The notes below the pieces were generated by a model, which saw nothing but the letters and a program-made list of their open reading frames with translations, did not search any database and was not told the DNA's origin. From NCBI GenBank assembly GCA_031384385.1, contig JANNAN010000019.1, positions 1 to 53,785 of the forward strand: 53,785 nucleotides of DNA, read 5' to 3'. The stretch comes from Candidatus Tayloriibacteriota bacterium. Lineage in GTDB: Bacteria; Patescibacteriota; Minisyncoccia; Phycocordibacterales; PALSA-1337. Made by a program: the position numbers and the translations under genes. This document shows, piece after piece, positions 1-9,803 of the stretch. Within the stretch, counting starts at the first letter, position 1; every line of letters starts with the position of its first letter.

Positions 1-4
1 GTTA

Positions 5-829
5 ATGATTCTTATAGCCATCCTACTAGTTGGAGGTGCTTTTCTGATTGCAGAATACAGAAATAAAAAGGCGGAACTTATATATAACAGCGTAACAGTA
101 TCGACATCAACAACCTCAGATTATATAGAAAATAGTGATGATTGGAAAAAAATACTTCTAGATAATGATAAAAGTAGCTCAACAACGACAAAAGATTTAA
201 CGAAAAGGATAGCCGAGGAGCTAACTCAAACTGATTTTATAAGTCGTGATTTTTTTGCTAAATATATGGAGTTAAAACAAGTAGGTGATCCAAAAGACAA
301 ACTAAGCCAACAAGAGTTAATCAATGGAACACTTAGTAAATTAATTCTTGAAAAACCAACTTTGTACAAAATAGACATAGTTATTACCAATCCAAATAAT
401 AGTACTGAGTCCATAAAAAGCTATGGAAATAGTATAGGAACAATATTTAAAAAATATGTTGTTCGTGCAAGAAATGAAGCCCTTATAGCCAAGGAAGCTC
501 TCCAAAGAGACGGACTTGAAACACTGACAGAATTAGACCCAATCATTTTGAGTTATAAAAATATATTGGATGCTTTTATTAAAACTAGCGTCCCACAAAC
601 AATAGCAAGTACTCATCTTGATTTGATAAACTCAATAAGTAATGCTCTATTTATTGTACAATCTCTAAGAAAAATAGATAACGATCCCATCTTTGCTGTG
701 CAAGCATTAGGTCTTTATGCGGCTACATCTAGAAAACTTATTGATACACTTAAATCAATAAAGAATTATTCTACTCAGCTTCAAATAACATATGGCACAG
801 AAGAACCTGGATATTTTTTCTTAAAATAA
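5..829 (+). CDS. hypothetical membrane-anchored protein, first visible gene of the T4SS-like operon (the operon may continue upstream of the window edge)
   Basis: 274-aa ORF with an N-terminal hydrophobic helix MILIAILLVGGAFLIAEY. Its stop is 1 nt before the next start (829/831). No family recognised. Confidence 0.5.
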   Translation: MILIAILLVGGAFLIAEYRNKKAELIYNSVTVSTSTTSDYIENSDDWKKILLDNDKSSSTTTKDLTKRIAEELTQTDFISRDFFAKYMELKQVGDPKDKLSQQELINGTLSKLILEKPTLYKIDIVITNPNNSTESIKSYGNSIGTIFKKYVVRARNEALIAKEALQRDGLETLTELDPIILSYKNILDAFIKTSVPQTIASTHLDLINSISNALFIVQSLRKIDNDPIFAVQALGLYAATSRKLIDTLKSIKNYSTQLQITYGTEEPGYFFLK

Positions 830-830
830 A

Positions 831-2477
831 ATGATAAATCCAATATACAAAAAAATAGTTGCATTGATACTGATAATTTCTTTTATACTACCATATGCTC
901 TTATACCACAAAGAGCCAAGGCCACTGCACTAGTTTTTGACTACGCTAATTTAGGAACAAACCTTCTAAGTCTAATAGAAGAAGCTATCGATGCTGTAGC
1001 TAGTGTTGCGACAGAGATATCAGCCTATTTAAACTGGTTAAAAGAATATACACTAGACCCTCTAGCATTCCTTGTCGCCAAACAAATAGTGCGGCAAGTT
1101 AGTGCAAGTATTATAAACTGGATTAATAATGGTTTTGATGGAAGTCCATCATTCGTACAAAATCCTGGAGCATTCTTTCTTGATCTGGCAGATCAAATGA
1201 CTGGAGAATTTCTTGCCAAGAATGGAGGTCCCTTATCTGAATTGTGTTCTCCTTTTAGTATCGAATTAAAATTAGCATTAGCATTTAAGTATCACAGTAA
1301 GGGCCAGAAAAGATATGCCTGTACTTTAGGTACAATAATAAAAAATACAAAAAGTGCAGTAAAGAATGCATCAATAAATGGTTTCACCGCTGGTGATTTT
1401 AGACAAGGGGGTTGGCCAGCATTCACATCGATGACAATGGAGCCACAGAATAATATCTATACAGCTTATATGCAAACCGATGGAGAGCTTACTATACGAG
1501 TAGGAAATCTACAAATACAGAAGAAAGAGCAATTATCACAAGGTTCTGGATTTCTTTCATTCCCAGATCCATCATGTAGAAAACTAAGAAAAGCTGAAGC
1601 GGCAAGAGCACAAGACATTTATGATAATGGGGCAGAAGGTGAAGTTGACCCAAATTTGATTACGTTTAATGAAAAGAAAGAAACATGGTCTGCAGATACA
1701 TCATCCTGCCCTGTTACAACACCTGGGAGAGTCATCGCACAATCTCTTCAGAAGCAACTTGATTCTCCAACAGATGTTTTAAATCTTGCAGATGAATTTG
1801 CTGAAATAATTGATGCCCTAATTACACAACTTGTGACACAAATCCTACAAGCAGGTCTAAGTGCTGTAAGTGATAAAAATTCTTCTGGAACATCCTACAT
1901 AGACGAAACGATAAAAGATTTAAATGAAAATACACCAGAAGTAGAACAATTGAAGAAAGATTTATTAGGAAGAATGCCAGAATTTATAGATACAACCCTA
2001 AAATACAAGACCAATCGAGATGCGTCATTGAAATTCATGACTGATATTAATGATAATTATAAATTAGCAAAAGTATGTTATGAAAATAAGATTGCTATCG
2101 TGCCACAATACCTAACATCATATGAAATTAATATTGCCCAATCAAGAATTAGTGATATCGAGATAATACTATCTGAAAAACTTTCAACGACTACAGCACA
2201 CTTCTTAAGTCTCGCACAAAATGCACAATTTAGACTAGACAAACTTGCAAAAATGCAAACTGACATTACAGGAACAAAAACAATGATACAACTAAACGCT
2301 GTAAGCACAGAGTACATGAGACTTATAAGAAGTAGCGTACTGACGACTGCAATAGACGTAAAAAATTCTGCAGCTGATCTAACAAAAGTTAAAACTGACT
2401 TCGAAAATTATAATAGAGATGCAATAAATAAAGTTAATGAATGTCAAGGTTTTCCAGAAAATATTAGGGGAAATTAA
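831..2477 (+). CDS. hypothetical secreted/anchored protein of the T4SS-like operon
   Basis: 548-aa ORF with an N-terminal signal/anchor (IVALILIISFILPYALIPQRAKA). Tightly packed with its neighbours. No family recognised. Confidence 0.55.
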   Translation: MINPIYKKIVALILIISFILPYALIPQRAKATALVFDYANLGTNLLSLIEEAIDAVASVATEISAYLNWLKEYTLDPLAFLVAKQIVRQVSASIINWINNGFDGSPSFVQNPGAFFLDLADQMTGEFLAKNGGPLSELCSPFSIELKLALAFKYHSKGQKRYACTLGTIIKNTKSAVKNASINGFTAGDFRQGGWPAFTSMTMEPQNNIYTAYMQTDGELTIRVGNLQIQKKEQLSQGSGFLSFPDPSCRKLRKAEAARAQDIYDNGAEGEVDPNLITFNEKKETWSADTSSCPVTTPGRVIAQSLQKQLDSPTDVLNLADEFAEIIDALITQLVTQILQAGLSAVSDKNSSGTSYIDETIKDLNENTPEVEQLKKDLLGRMPEFIDTTLKYKTNRDASLKFMTDINDNYKLAKVCYENKIAIVPQYLTSYEINIAQSRISDIEIILSEKLSTTTAHFLSLAQNAQFRLDKLAKMQTDITGTKTMIQLNAVSTEYMRLIRSSVLTTAIDVKNSAADLTKVKTDFENYNRDAINKVNECQGFPENIRGN

Positions 2478-2480
2478 AAT

Positions 2481-4805
2481 ATGAAAAAACTATTAAATAC
2501 AGTACTTATAATAATAATTACATTCACAATAGCTAGTGTGGCTTTGATGCCGGAACAGGCGAATGCAAGTTGGTATTGTATATTTGCTCCAGGAGCATGT
2601 ATTGCTTCAGCTGGAATGGCCTTAATTCTAAACAGTTTCCTTGCTGATCTTGGCCAGATAATACTTAGTGTGTTTGCTGGTATTCTAAGTATTGCTGGTC
2701 TAGTATTAAATGTTTCTATAATATTATCAATGAATATTAAAGCTATATATGAAGCAACTCCAGCAATTGAAGATCTGTGGATAATAACAAGAAATCTATC
2801 GAGCATATTTATTATATTTGCTCTTATTTATACTTCTATAGCCACAATATTAGGTGTAGGCAGTACTGGCATAAAAAAATTAATCAGTAATATTATATTA
2901 GCTGGCCTATTAATAAACTTCAGTTTATTTTTTACAAAAGTATTAATCGATGGTTCAAATTTAATATCTTTACAATTTTATAGAGCAATAGCACCAGAAT
3001 CTCAAACAGCTAGTATTACAAAAGATACAATAGGAGACGTACTTACTAAATCATTTACAGATGGTGGAATCTCTAATGTATTCATGCATGGACTTAAAAT
3101 TCCAAAAATATATGGTAATAAGAAGGGGTTATTCGAAGTACAAGGAACAGAGTATTTTAAGATAATATTATCCACACTAATTGGATCAATATTGATGTTA
3201 TTCGCTGCCCTAAGTTTCTTCGCCGCAGCATTAATGTTTATTATCCGCTTGGTAATTCTTTTACTTCTTATGGGATTCTCTCCAGTATACTTTGCTGGAA
3301 TGATATTCCCAGACATAAAAAAAGATATGTCTGACAAGTGGGCTGAGTACTTAAAGCAACAACTTATTTTTATGCCTGTTTATCTATTCTTTATGTACTT
3401 TGCACTTCGTTTCATAAGCACAATAAATGCGAGTACCGGGGCAGAAGAAGGATTTTTTTCCGCTCTTGATAATGCACAAACAAAAGCATCAAAATCTGGC
3501 ACATCGGGAATCATGCTTTCTGTTGTTGGATTATGTTTACAATACACAATTGCTTTTATTTTGATAAATATCCCTCTAATAGCAGCAATAAAAACAGGTG
3601 GCAGCAAATGGTCTGAAAATTTTACAAAAAAAGCAGGGAAAACTATTGGTGGCTTCATCGGCCAACACTCAGTCGGCAGAGCAGCCAAGTTGGCGGGAGA
3701 TAAGGTGGCAACATCTAAGTGGGCAAGAAGTATGCCGAATCTTGCAACATTTGCAAATAAAAATCTTGCAAAAGTCTCTGGTGCTTCATTTGGTGGTTCA
3801 GCTAAGGGATATGATCAAAGATTTAAAAAATATTCCGAAGAAAGAAATAACTTTGTAACAAAGAGAATTGGCTTATCAGCAGATAAAGAAGAGGACATCG
3901 AAGAAAAAACTGGCGGCAAATTGGCAAAAGATCTAGTAGAACAACTAGCAGTACGCGATAAGGTGATGAACGAGAAGCAAGAAGAACTCTATAGCAAAAA
4001 TTTATCAGTTCTTGCCCAAGAAAAACAAACAGAACTGCACAATGATAATATTTCAGATATAGAGAATGGATACAACAATCAAATTTCTGCTCTTAACAAT
4101 AGAATTGCAGAAATGGAAAATGAACATAATAATAAAGTTAGTACACACAACAATAAGATTTCAGAAATTGAAAAAGAATACAACAGTCATGTTGATACAT
4201 TCGGATCCGGAACACCACTTGCTACAAATACAAAAGCAAAATTAGATCAAGCTCGAACAAATCTTGCTGCTGAAAATGCAGCATTTAAGAACAATGCTGC
4301 AAAAGCCCAATCAGATATTACATCTGCAAAAACAAGATTCAGAAATGACAATACAGAGGCTCAAGCAAATCTTGCAACAGCAAAAGCTGCACTAATTAAA
4401 ACTAACAGAGAAGCAGCTTCAGCAAAAGAAGAGGCAGATAAAGCGAAAACCGAAAGAGATAACTTATACAAATCCATAGAGGCAAAGGTAGAGCATGATA
4501 AAACGATCAAGGCAGGGGGGATAGTTAGCGAAAAAATAAAAGAAGAAATGAAATCAGTAAGCGATATTGAGGAAGCAATCAGAGTATCAATAAGAGAAGA
4601 AAAAAGAAAAGCCGTGTCCGAACAAATGGCGAAAGATCTAGACAGGGATTGGAATCCTTTTACTAGAGAGGCAAGTAAAGTAGCGGCGAATGAAATCAGA
4701 AAACAAAACAGTAAGAAGAGAGAACAGCTTGATATGGAAAAAATGTTCAAACAAGCATTTGAAGACAACAAACCCAAGGACGATAAGCCTAAAGACAGTA
4801 AATAA
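2481..4805 (+). CDS. VirB6/TrbL-like polytopic membrane protein with a long C-terminal coiled-coil/charged tail
   Basis: 774 aa. The first ~400 aa contain many hydrophobic helices, as in TrbL/VirB6 channel subunits. The last ~330 aa are Lys/Glu/Asn-rich heptad-like sequence (NGYNNQISALNNRIAEMENEHNNKVSTHNNKISEIEKEY...KPKDDKPKDSK). The gene lies in an operon with VirB4. Confidence 0.6.
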   Translation: MKKLLNTVLIIIITFTIASVALMPEQANASWYCIFAPGACIASAGMALILNSFLADLGQIILSVFAGILSIAGLVLNVSIILSMNIKAIYEATPAIEDLWIITRNLSSIFIIFALIYTSIATILGVGSTGIKKLISNIILAGLLINFSLFFTKVLIDGSNLISLQFYRAIAPESQTASITKDTIGDVLTKSFTDGGISNVFMHGLKIPKIYGNKKGLFEVQGTEYFKIILSTLIGSILMLFAALSFFAAALMFIIRLVILLLLMGFSPVYFAGMIFPDIKKDMSDKWAEYLKQQLIFMPVYLFFMYFALRFISTINASTGAEEGFFSALDNAQTKASKSGTSGIMLSVVGLCLQYTIAFILINIPLIAAIKTGGSKWSENFTKKAGKTIGGFIGQHSVGRAAKLAGDKVATSKWARSMPNLATFANKNLAKVSGASFGGSAKGYDQRFKKYSEERNNFVTKRIGLSADKEEDIEEKTGGKLAKDLVEQLAVRDKVMNEKQEELYSKNLSVLAQEKQTELHNDNISDIENGYNNQISALNNRIAEMENEHNNKVSTHNNKISEIEKEYNSHVDTFGSGTPLATNTKAKLDQARTNLAAENAAFKNNAAKAQSDITSAKTRFRNDNTEAQANLATAKAALIKTNREAASAKEEADKAKTERDNLYKSIEAKVEHDKTIKAGGIVSEKIKEEMKSVSDIEEAIRVSIREEKRKAVSEQMAKDLDRDWNPFTREASKVAANEIRKQNSKKREQLDMEKMFKQAFEDNKPKDDKPKDSK

Positions 4806-4811
4806 ACAATC

Positions 4812-5423
4812 ATGGATATAAAACAAATAATTAGTGAGAGATACAAAGTCCTACCTCGCAATATCCAAGCTGCGATTACTAGTACTGACCTTGCACCAAA
4901 ATTTCAAAAGATAGCTGACAAGCATAGTCTACATATTGATCAGAACAGTAATCTACAAACAGAAACAATACTGGTAATGCTTGGCCTTGAAACAGTTGAT
5001 GATTTCCTTGATAATGTACAAAAAGGACTAGAAATAAATCGAGAAAAAGCTATTCTAATTGCAAAAGATGTAAACACTGAAATATTAGATAGTATTCGTG
5101 AATCTCTTAAAAAAATACAGAAAGAACAAGAGGCGAGTAGTGCAAAGGAAGTAGAGAAGCTCAACATAACAAAGAGTGAGACCTCTGATTCATTAGATAG
5201 ATTTGCAGGAATTAAAATTGAAGAAAATCCACCATCTTCTTCGCCTCAATATAAAGAAGAGGGAATAAACAAGGATATTTTATTAAAAAACATAGAGGAC
5301 AAAGCTATTCCTATGGTTGATCATCTTCTAGAAAATCATATAAATAACCCTGTGCAAATAGAAATAAAAAAAGTTGAAGAAAAAAAACCATACACAACTG
5401 ATCCGTACAGGGAACAGTTTTAA
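4812..5423 (+). CDS. hypothetical acidic protein (T4SS-like operon)
   Basis: 203-aa ORF with no TM segment, Glu/Lys-rich. No family recognised. Confidence 0.5.
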   Translation: MDIKQIISERYKVLPRNIQAAITSTDLAPKFQKIADKHSLHIDQNSNLQTETILVMLGLETVDDFLDNVQKGLEINREKAILIAKDVNTEILDSIRESLKKIQKEQEASSAKEVEKLNITKSETSDSLDRFAGIKIEENPPSSSPQYKEEGINKDILLKNIEDKAIPMVDHLLENHINNPVQIEIKKVEEKKPYTTDPYREQF

Positions 5424-5444
5424 TAAGTATGTTAAAATAAAAGA

Positions 5445-5870
5445 ATGCAATATCAAGTTCCACAATTTATTGAAGTTGAGGACAAGATCTTTGGACCATT
5501 AACTCTAAAGCAATTCATTTATATTGCTGGAGGAGCAGGATTGGCATTCGTTGTTTATCAATTTTTGCCATCTATTCTCTTTTCAGCAATTCCAATAATT
5601 ATAATATTGGCATTCGCAGCTACATTGGCTTTCTATAGAGTAAATAATAAGCCATTTATTTACTTAGTAGAGTCTGCATTCAAATATTATACTTCAGCAA
5701 AATTATATATTTGGAAAAAGCAAGATAAAAAACCTAATGACAATCCAATTCAGGAGGCAAAACAATACGCAGGAATTATGGTTCCAAAAATATCAGATAG
5801 CAAACTAAAAGATCTTACATGGAGTTTGGATATAAAAGAAAGTATGTATAGTAATAAAAATCAAAAATAA
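5445..5870 (+). CDS. PrgI-family / VirB3-like small membrane protein
   Basis: 141 aa. The N-terminus YQVPQFIEVEDKIFGPLTLKQFIYIAGGAGLAFVVY is followed by a second TM helix, the typical PrgI/VirB3 architecture. It sits just upstream of VirB4, as in Gram-positive T4SSs. Confidence 0.65.
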   Translation: MQYQVPQFIEVEDKIFGPLTLKQFIYIAGGAGLAFVVYQFLPSILFSAIPIIIILAFAATLAFYRVNNKPFIYLVESAFKYYTSAKLYIWKKQDKKPNDNPIQEAKQYAGIMVPKISDSKLKDLTWSLDIKESMYSNKNQK

Positions 5871-5871
5871 A

Positions 5872-6504
5872 ATGACAGCAGTATCCAAAACAACACAAGA
5901 TTTTGTACCAATACAAGAAATACGAGATGGTATTGTGGTTCTTAAAGATGGTTCAATGAGATCACTTGTTCTCGCTTCATCTTTAAATTTCGCATTAAAG
6001 TCTGCAGATGAACAGACAGCCATAATTTCTCAATTTCAAAATTTTCTAAACTCCCTTGATTTCTCAGTACAAATATTCATCCAATCGAAAAGACTTGATA
6101 TAAGGCCATATATTGCTTTTCTTGAAGAAAGATACAAAGAGCAAGCAACCGAATTAATGAAAATACAAACAAGAGAATATATAGAATTTATAAGAACATT
6201 TGTTGATAATTCTAGTATTATGACAAAAAGTTTCTTTATTGTTATACCATATAGTCCTGCTGTGATATCCGCAAGTAAAAATCCACTAAGTTCTTTTCTT
6301 CATAAAGGGAAAAACGACAAGGAATTAATAAATACTCAATTTGAAGAGAGTAGGAGTCAGCTTGAGCAAAGAGTGGGTGTAGTAGAGCAAGGCTTGGTGC
6401 GTTGTGGAATACGCGTAGCAGAACTTGGAACGGAGGAAGTGGTAGAATTATATTATAAAATATTTAATCCTGGAGAAACAGAGAAGCCAATTCAAATAAA
6501 TTAA
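5872..6504 (+). CDS. hypothetical protein, resembles a detached VirB4 N-terminal domain
   Basis: 210 aa. The pattern FVPIQEIRDGIVVLKDGSMRSLVLASSLNFALKSADEQTAIISQFQNFLNSL resembles the N-terminal region of VirB4/PrgJ-type ATPases. The gene lies directly upstream of VirB4, with a 4-nt gap. Confidence 0.45.
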   Translation: MTAVSKTTQDFVPIQEIRDGIVVLKDGSMRSLVLASSLNFALKSADEQTAIISQFQNFLNSLDFSVQIFIQSKRLDIRPYIAFLEERYKEQATELMKIQTREYIEFIRTFVDNSSIMTKSFFIVIPYSPAVISASKNPLSSFLHKGKNDKELINTQFEESRSQLEQRVGVVEQGLVRCGIRVAELGTEEVVELYYKIFNPGETEKPIQIN

Positions 6505-6508
6505 AACT

Positions 6509-8341
6509 ATGAGTATATTTTCAAAATTATTTGGTAAAAAAGAAGAGTCTCCAATAGTCTCATTGATGCCACAAGAGATTTACGAGGCTGGAGTCCTTGA
6601 ATTAAAGGATGTTATTGCTCCTTCTGCCTTAAAAATAAGTCCAAAAGAACTAAATCTAGGCGAAAAAGTTGCTAGAACTTTCTTTGTTATTTCATATCCA
6701 AGATTTCTTACAGAAAGTTGGTTCGCTCCGATTATTAATCTTGATAAAATCTTTAATATTTCAATATTTATTCATCCAGTAGATACTGTAAAGATTCTGA
6801 GACATTTCCAAAAAAAAGTAGCAGAAGTTCAAAGTCAGATATCTACAAGAGAGGATAAGGGTCTAGTACGCGATCCAATGCTTGATACTGCATATCAAGA
6901 CCTTGAAGCACTTAGAGACAATCTAATGCAGGCTCAAGAGAAAATCTTTGATGTAGGAGTTTACATCACAATTTTTGGAGATAATAGTAATGAACTTGAT
7001 AAAATAGAATCCGAAGTAAAATCTATTCTCGAATCAAAACTTGTTTATCTTAAACCAGCCCTATTTCAACAAGAAAGTGGATACAAGAGTGTACTTCCAA
7101 TAGGGGATGATCAATTAGCAATACATTCAAAATTAAATTCATCACCACTTTCTAGTCTTTTCCCATTTGTTTCATTTGACCTTACATCTGATAAGGGAAT
7201 TTTATATGGAATAAATCGCCACAATTCTTCACTTGTGCTTTTTGATAGATTCTTGCTTGAAAATTATAACTCTGTAACATTTGCAAAAGCTGGATCTGGA
7301 AAATCATACTGTACAAAATTAGAAATACTTAGAACATTAATGTTTGATACAGAAGTTATTGTTATTGATCCAGAAAAAGAATACGAGTATATGGCGGAAG
7401 CAACTGGGGGTAAATATTTTAATATTTCTCTAAATTCAGAGCATCATATTAATCCATTCGATCTTCCAATTCCTCGTGAAGATGAGTCTGCTGCTGATGT
7501 TCTAAGATCAAATATTATAAACCTTGTTGGTCTATTTAGAATCATGCTTGGAGGTCTTTCCCAAGAGGAGGACGCTATTATTGACCGAGCCATCTCAGAG
7601 ACATATGCCTTAAAAGATATTTCTCCAGAATCCGACTTCAGAAATGTTGAGCCACCACTTCTTTCAGACTTTGAACTTGTACTTGCTGGTATGGAAGGTG
7701 CGCAATCACTTGTAGAAAGACTTACAAAGTATACAAAAGGAACATGGTCAGGATTTATTAATCGTCCATCAAATGTTGATATCGATAAGAAATTCGTAGT
7801 TTTCTCACTCAGAGATATGGAAGACGAATTGAAACCAGTGGCAATGTATATCGTTACTCATTATATTTGGAATGCAGTTAGAAAAGTTCTAAAAAAGAGA
7901 CTGCTGGTTATTGATGAGGCATGGTGGATGATGAAATCAGAAGATACAGCTTCATTTTTGCTTGGTCTAGCAAAAAGAGGAAGAAAATACTATCTAGGAC
8001 TAGCCACAATCACTCAAGATGTTGATGATTTCCTTAAATCTCCTTACGGGCTACCAATTATTACAAACTCTTCAATTCAAATTCTTCTTAAACAATCTCC
8101 ATCTTCTATTGATAATATTCAAAAGACATTCAACCTTACTGACGAAGAAAAATATCTACTATTAGAATCCGATGTAGGGGAGGGAATATTCTTTGTAGGA
8201 CTAAAGCATGTGGCACTAAAAGTTATTGCTTCATACACAGAAGATCAAATAATAACCACAAATCCCGCACAGGTTCTTCAAATTCAAAAAGCAAAAAGAG
8301 ATTTGGAGTCATCACAACAAGGCGGGGGAAGGGTACAATAA
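6509..8341 (+). CDS. virB4: VirB4/TraE/PrgJ-type type IV secretion ATPase
   Basis: 610 aa with Walker A FAKAGSGKSY and Walker B RLLVIDEAWWMM. Downstream GLATITQDVDDF is typical of VirB4-family AAA ATPases. Confidence 0.85.
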   Translation: MSIFSKLFGKKEESPIVSLMPQEIYEAGVLELKDVIAPSALKISPKELNLGEKVARTFFVISYPRFLTESWFAPIINLDKIFNISIFIHPVDTVKILRHFQKKVAEVQSQISTREDKGLVRDPMLDTAYQDLEALRDNLMQAQEKIFDVGVYITIFGDNSNELDKIESEVKSILESKLVYLKPALFQQESGYKSVLPIGDDQLAIHSKLNSSPLSSLFPFVSFDLTSDKGILYGINRHNSSLVLFDRFLLENYNSVTFAKAGSGKSYCTKLEILRTLMFDTEVIVIDPEKEYEYMAEATGGKYFNISLNSEHHINPFDLPIPREDESAADVLRSNIINLVGLFRIMLGGLSQEEDAIIDRAISETYALKDISPESDFRNVEPPLLSDFELVLAGMEGAQSLVERLTKYTKGTWSGFINRPSNVDIDKKFVVFSLRDMEDELKPVAMYIVTHYIWNAVRKVLKKRLLVIDEAWWMMKSEDTASFLLGLAKRGRKYYLGLATITQDVDDFLKSPYGLPIITNSSIQILLKQSPSSIDNIQKTFNLTDEEKYLLLESDVGEGIFFVGLKHVALKVIASYTEDQIITTNPAQVLQIQKAKRDLESSQQGGGRVQ

Positions 8342-8347
8342 TAGATT

Positions 8348-8770
8348 ATGGAAACAGAAAATCAACCCACAAAACCAAATTATAGAATGGGAAGAACATC
8401 AATAGTAATTATTGTATTCTTGGCTGGAGTGGCTGATCTTCTTTCTGTAATACCTTTTGTTGGAGATTTCATTAGTCCAATATTTTGGTTATTTGCTGCT
8501 GTATATTTTTGGAAAAATGGATTAGGAATGTTAAATCCCGGAAGACTTGCTACAAGCTTAATATCACTTGTAGCTGAAATTATACCATTTGTGCAAGCAT
8601 TGCCCACAATTTTTGCTGGTACTGTAGTAATAATAGTAATGTCTAGAATCGAAGATAGGACAGGTTTTTCTCTAAATCCATTGAAAAAGCCTGGGGTTAC
8701 TCCACCAAGAATGCAAAGAAGTGGGGTTAATACTACAGCGGGGATAAGACCACCTAATTCACAATTATAA
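8348..8770 (+). CDS. small polytopic membrane protein (T4SS-like operon)
   Basis: 140 aa with 3-4 hydrophobic helices (SIVIIVFLAGVADLLSVIPFV, ISPIFWLFAAVYFW, LISLVAEIIPFV, IFAGTVVIIVM). No family recognised. Confidence 0.5.
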   Translation: METENQPTKPNYRMGRTSIVIIVFLAGVADLLSVIPFVGDFISPIFWLFAAVYFWKNGLGMLNPGRLATSLISLVAEIIPFVQALPTIFAGTVVIIVMSRIEDRTGFSLNPLKKPGVTPPRMQRSGVNTTAGIRPPNSQL

Positions 8771-8790
8771 AGTGTGTTAAAATAAAGTAA

Positions 8791-9801
8791 ATGAAAAAGT
8801 TTTTAATTACAATTCTTACATTAATGTTTCTGCTCTCTTTTTCTTATACCAATGCTCAAATGAGTACATCGATTGATGGTATCACCATTACCAGTGTACC
8901 AATAAATCCTGAACCAGGAGAAAATGTAATAATATCTATTGAGAGTAGCTTGTTAGACTTAGATTCAGCTTCGACAGTGTGGCTTTCAAATGGTAAGAAT
9001 ATTTATAGTGGTATCGGTAAAAAAGAAATAATAGTGAAGGCACCTATGGGTGGTAAGAAATTAATCGTAACTGTTGTACTCAAAGATCATAACGGGAGAG
9101 AAGTACAAAAAGCAGTTGTTTTAAAATCTGGTTCAGTAGATTTAATATGGGAACCAATAAATTACACTCCTCCGTTCTACAAAGGAGTGGGGAATCTTGT
9201 ATATCAAAATAAAATTAAACTAATCGCAATTCCACATCTTTATTCAAGTGAGACAAAAGAATTAGATCCAAAAAATTTAGTCTATCAATGGAGATTGGGA
9301 GGTAAGTATATAGACGGAGCATCTGGTTATGGCAAACAAAGTATAACAATAGATGCTGGAGATATACCAAAACACCTAGATATCAGTATCGATGTTTATA
9401 ATCGTGAAGAAACACAAACCGCGGTTAAGAAAATTAGCCTTAAACCAAAAGAGCCTTCAGTATCGTTTTATGAAATGAATCCTCTCTATGGAATATATTT
9501 CAATAAAGCATTAAGCACGAAAATATCTTTAGAAGATTCAGAAATGACAATCCTATCCGCTCCCTTTGGTTTTAGCTTCAAAAAGAATCAATTAGTGTAT
9601 ACATGGTCAATAAATAATACAGAACAATCAAGTCTATCAAATAATCAGAGTATCACCCTTAGAAAAAAAGATGATACTAGCGGTTCTTCAGATATTAATG
9701 TTGAGGTAAGAAGCAATGAAAATATCATGCAAGGCGCACAATCTTCATTTGGTGTTGATTTCAAAAAAAAAGAAACGGTCAATAATAATAAAATATTTTA
9801 A
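8791..9801 (+). CDS. secreted protein with three tandem ~100-aa beta-rich repeats
   Basis: 336 aa with signal peptide MKKFLITILTLMFLLSFSYTNA. A recurring module is marked by STVWLSNGKNI / LVYQWRLGGKYI / LVYTWSINNTEQ. Confidence 0.55.
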   Translation: MKKFLITILTLMFLLSFSYTNAQMSTSIDGITITSVPINPEPGENVIISIESSLLDLDSASTVWLSNGKNIYSGIGKKEIIVKAPMGGKKLIVTVVLKDHNGREVQKAVVLKSGSVDLIWEPINYTPPFYKGVGNLVYQNKIKLIAIPHLYSSETKELDPKNLVYQWRLGGKYIDGASGYGKQSITIDAGDIPKHLDISIDVYNREETQTAVKKISLKPKEPSVSFYEMNPLYGIYFNKALSTKISLEDSEMTILSAPFGFSFKKNQLVYTWSINNTEQSSLSNNQSITLRKKDDTSGSSDINVEVRSNENIMQGAQSSFGVDFKKKETVNNNKIF

Positions 9802-9803
9802 AT

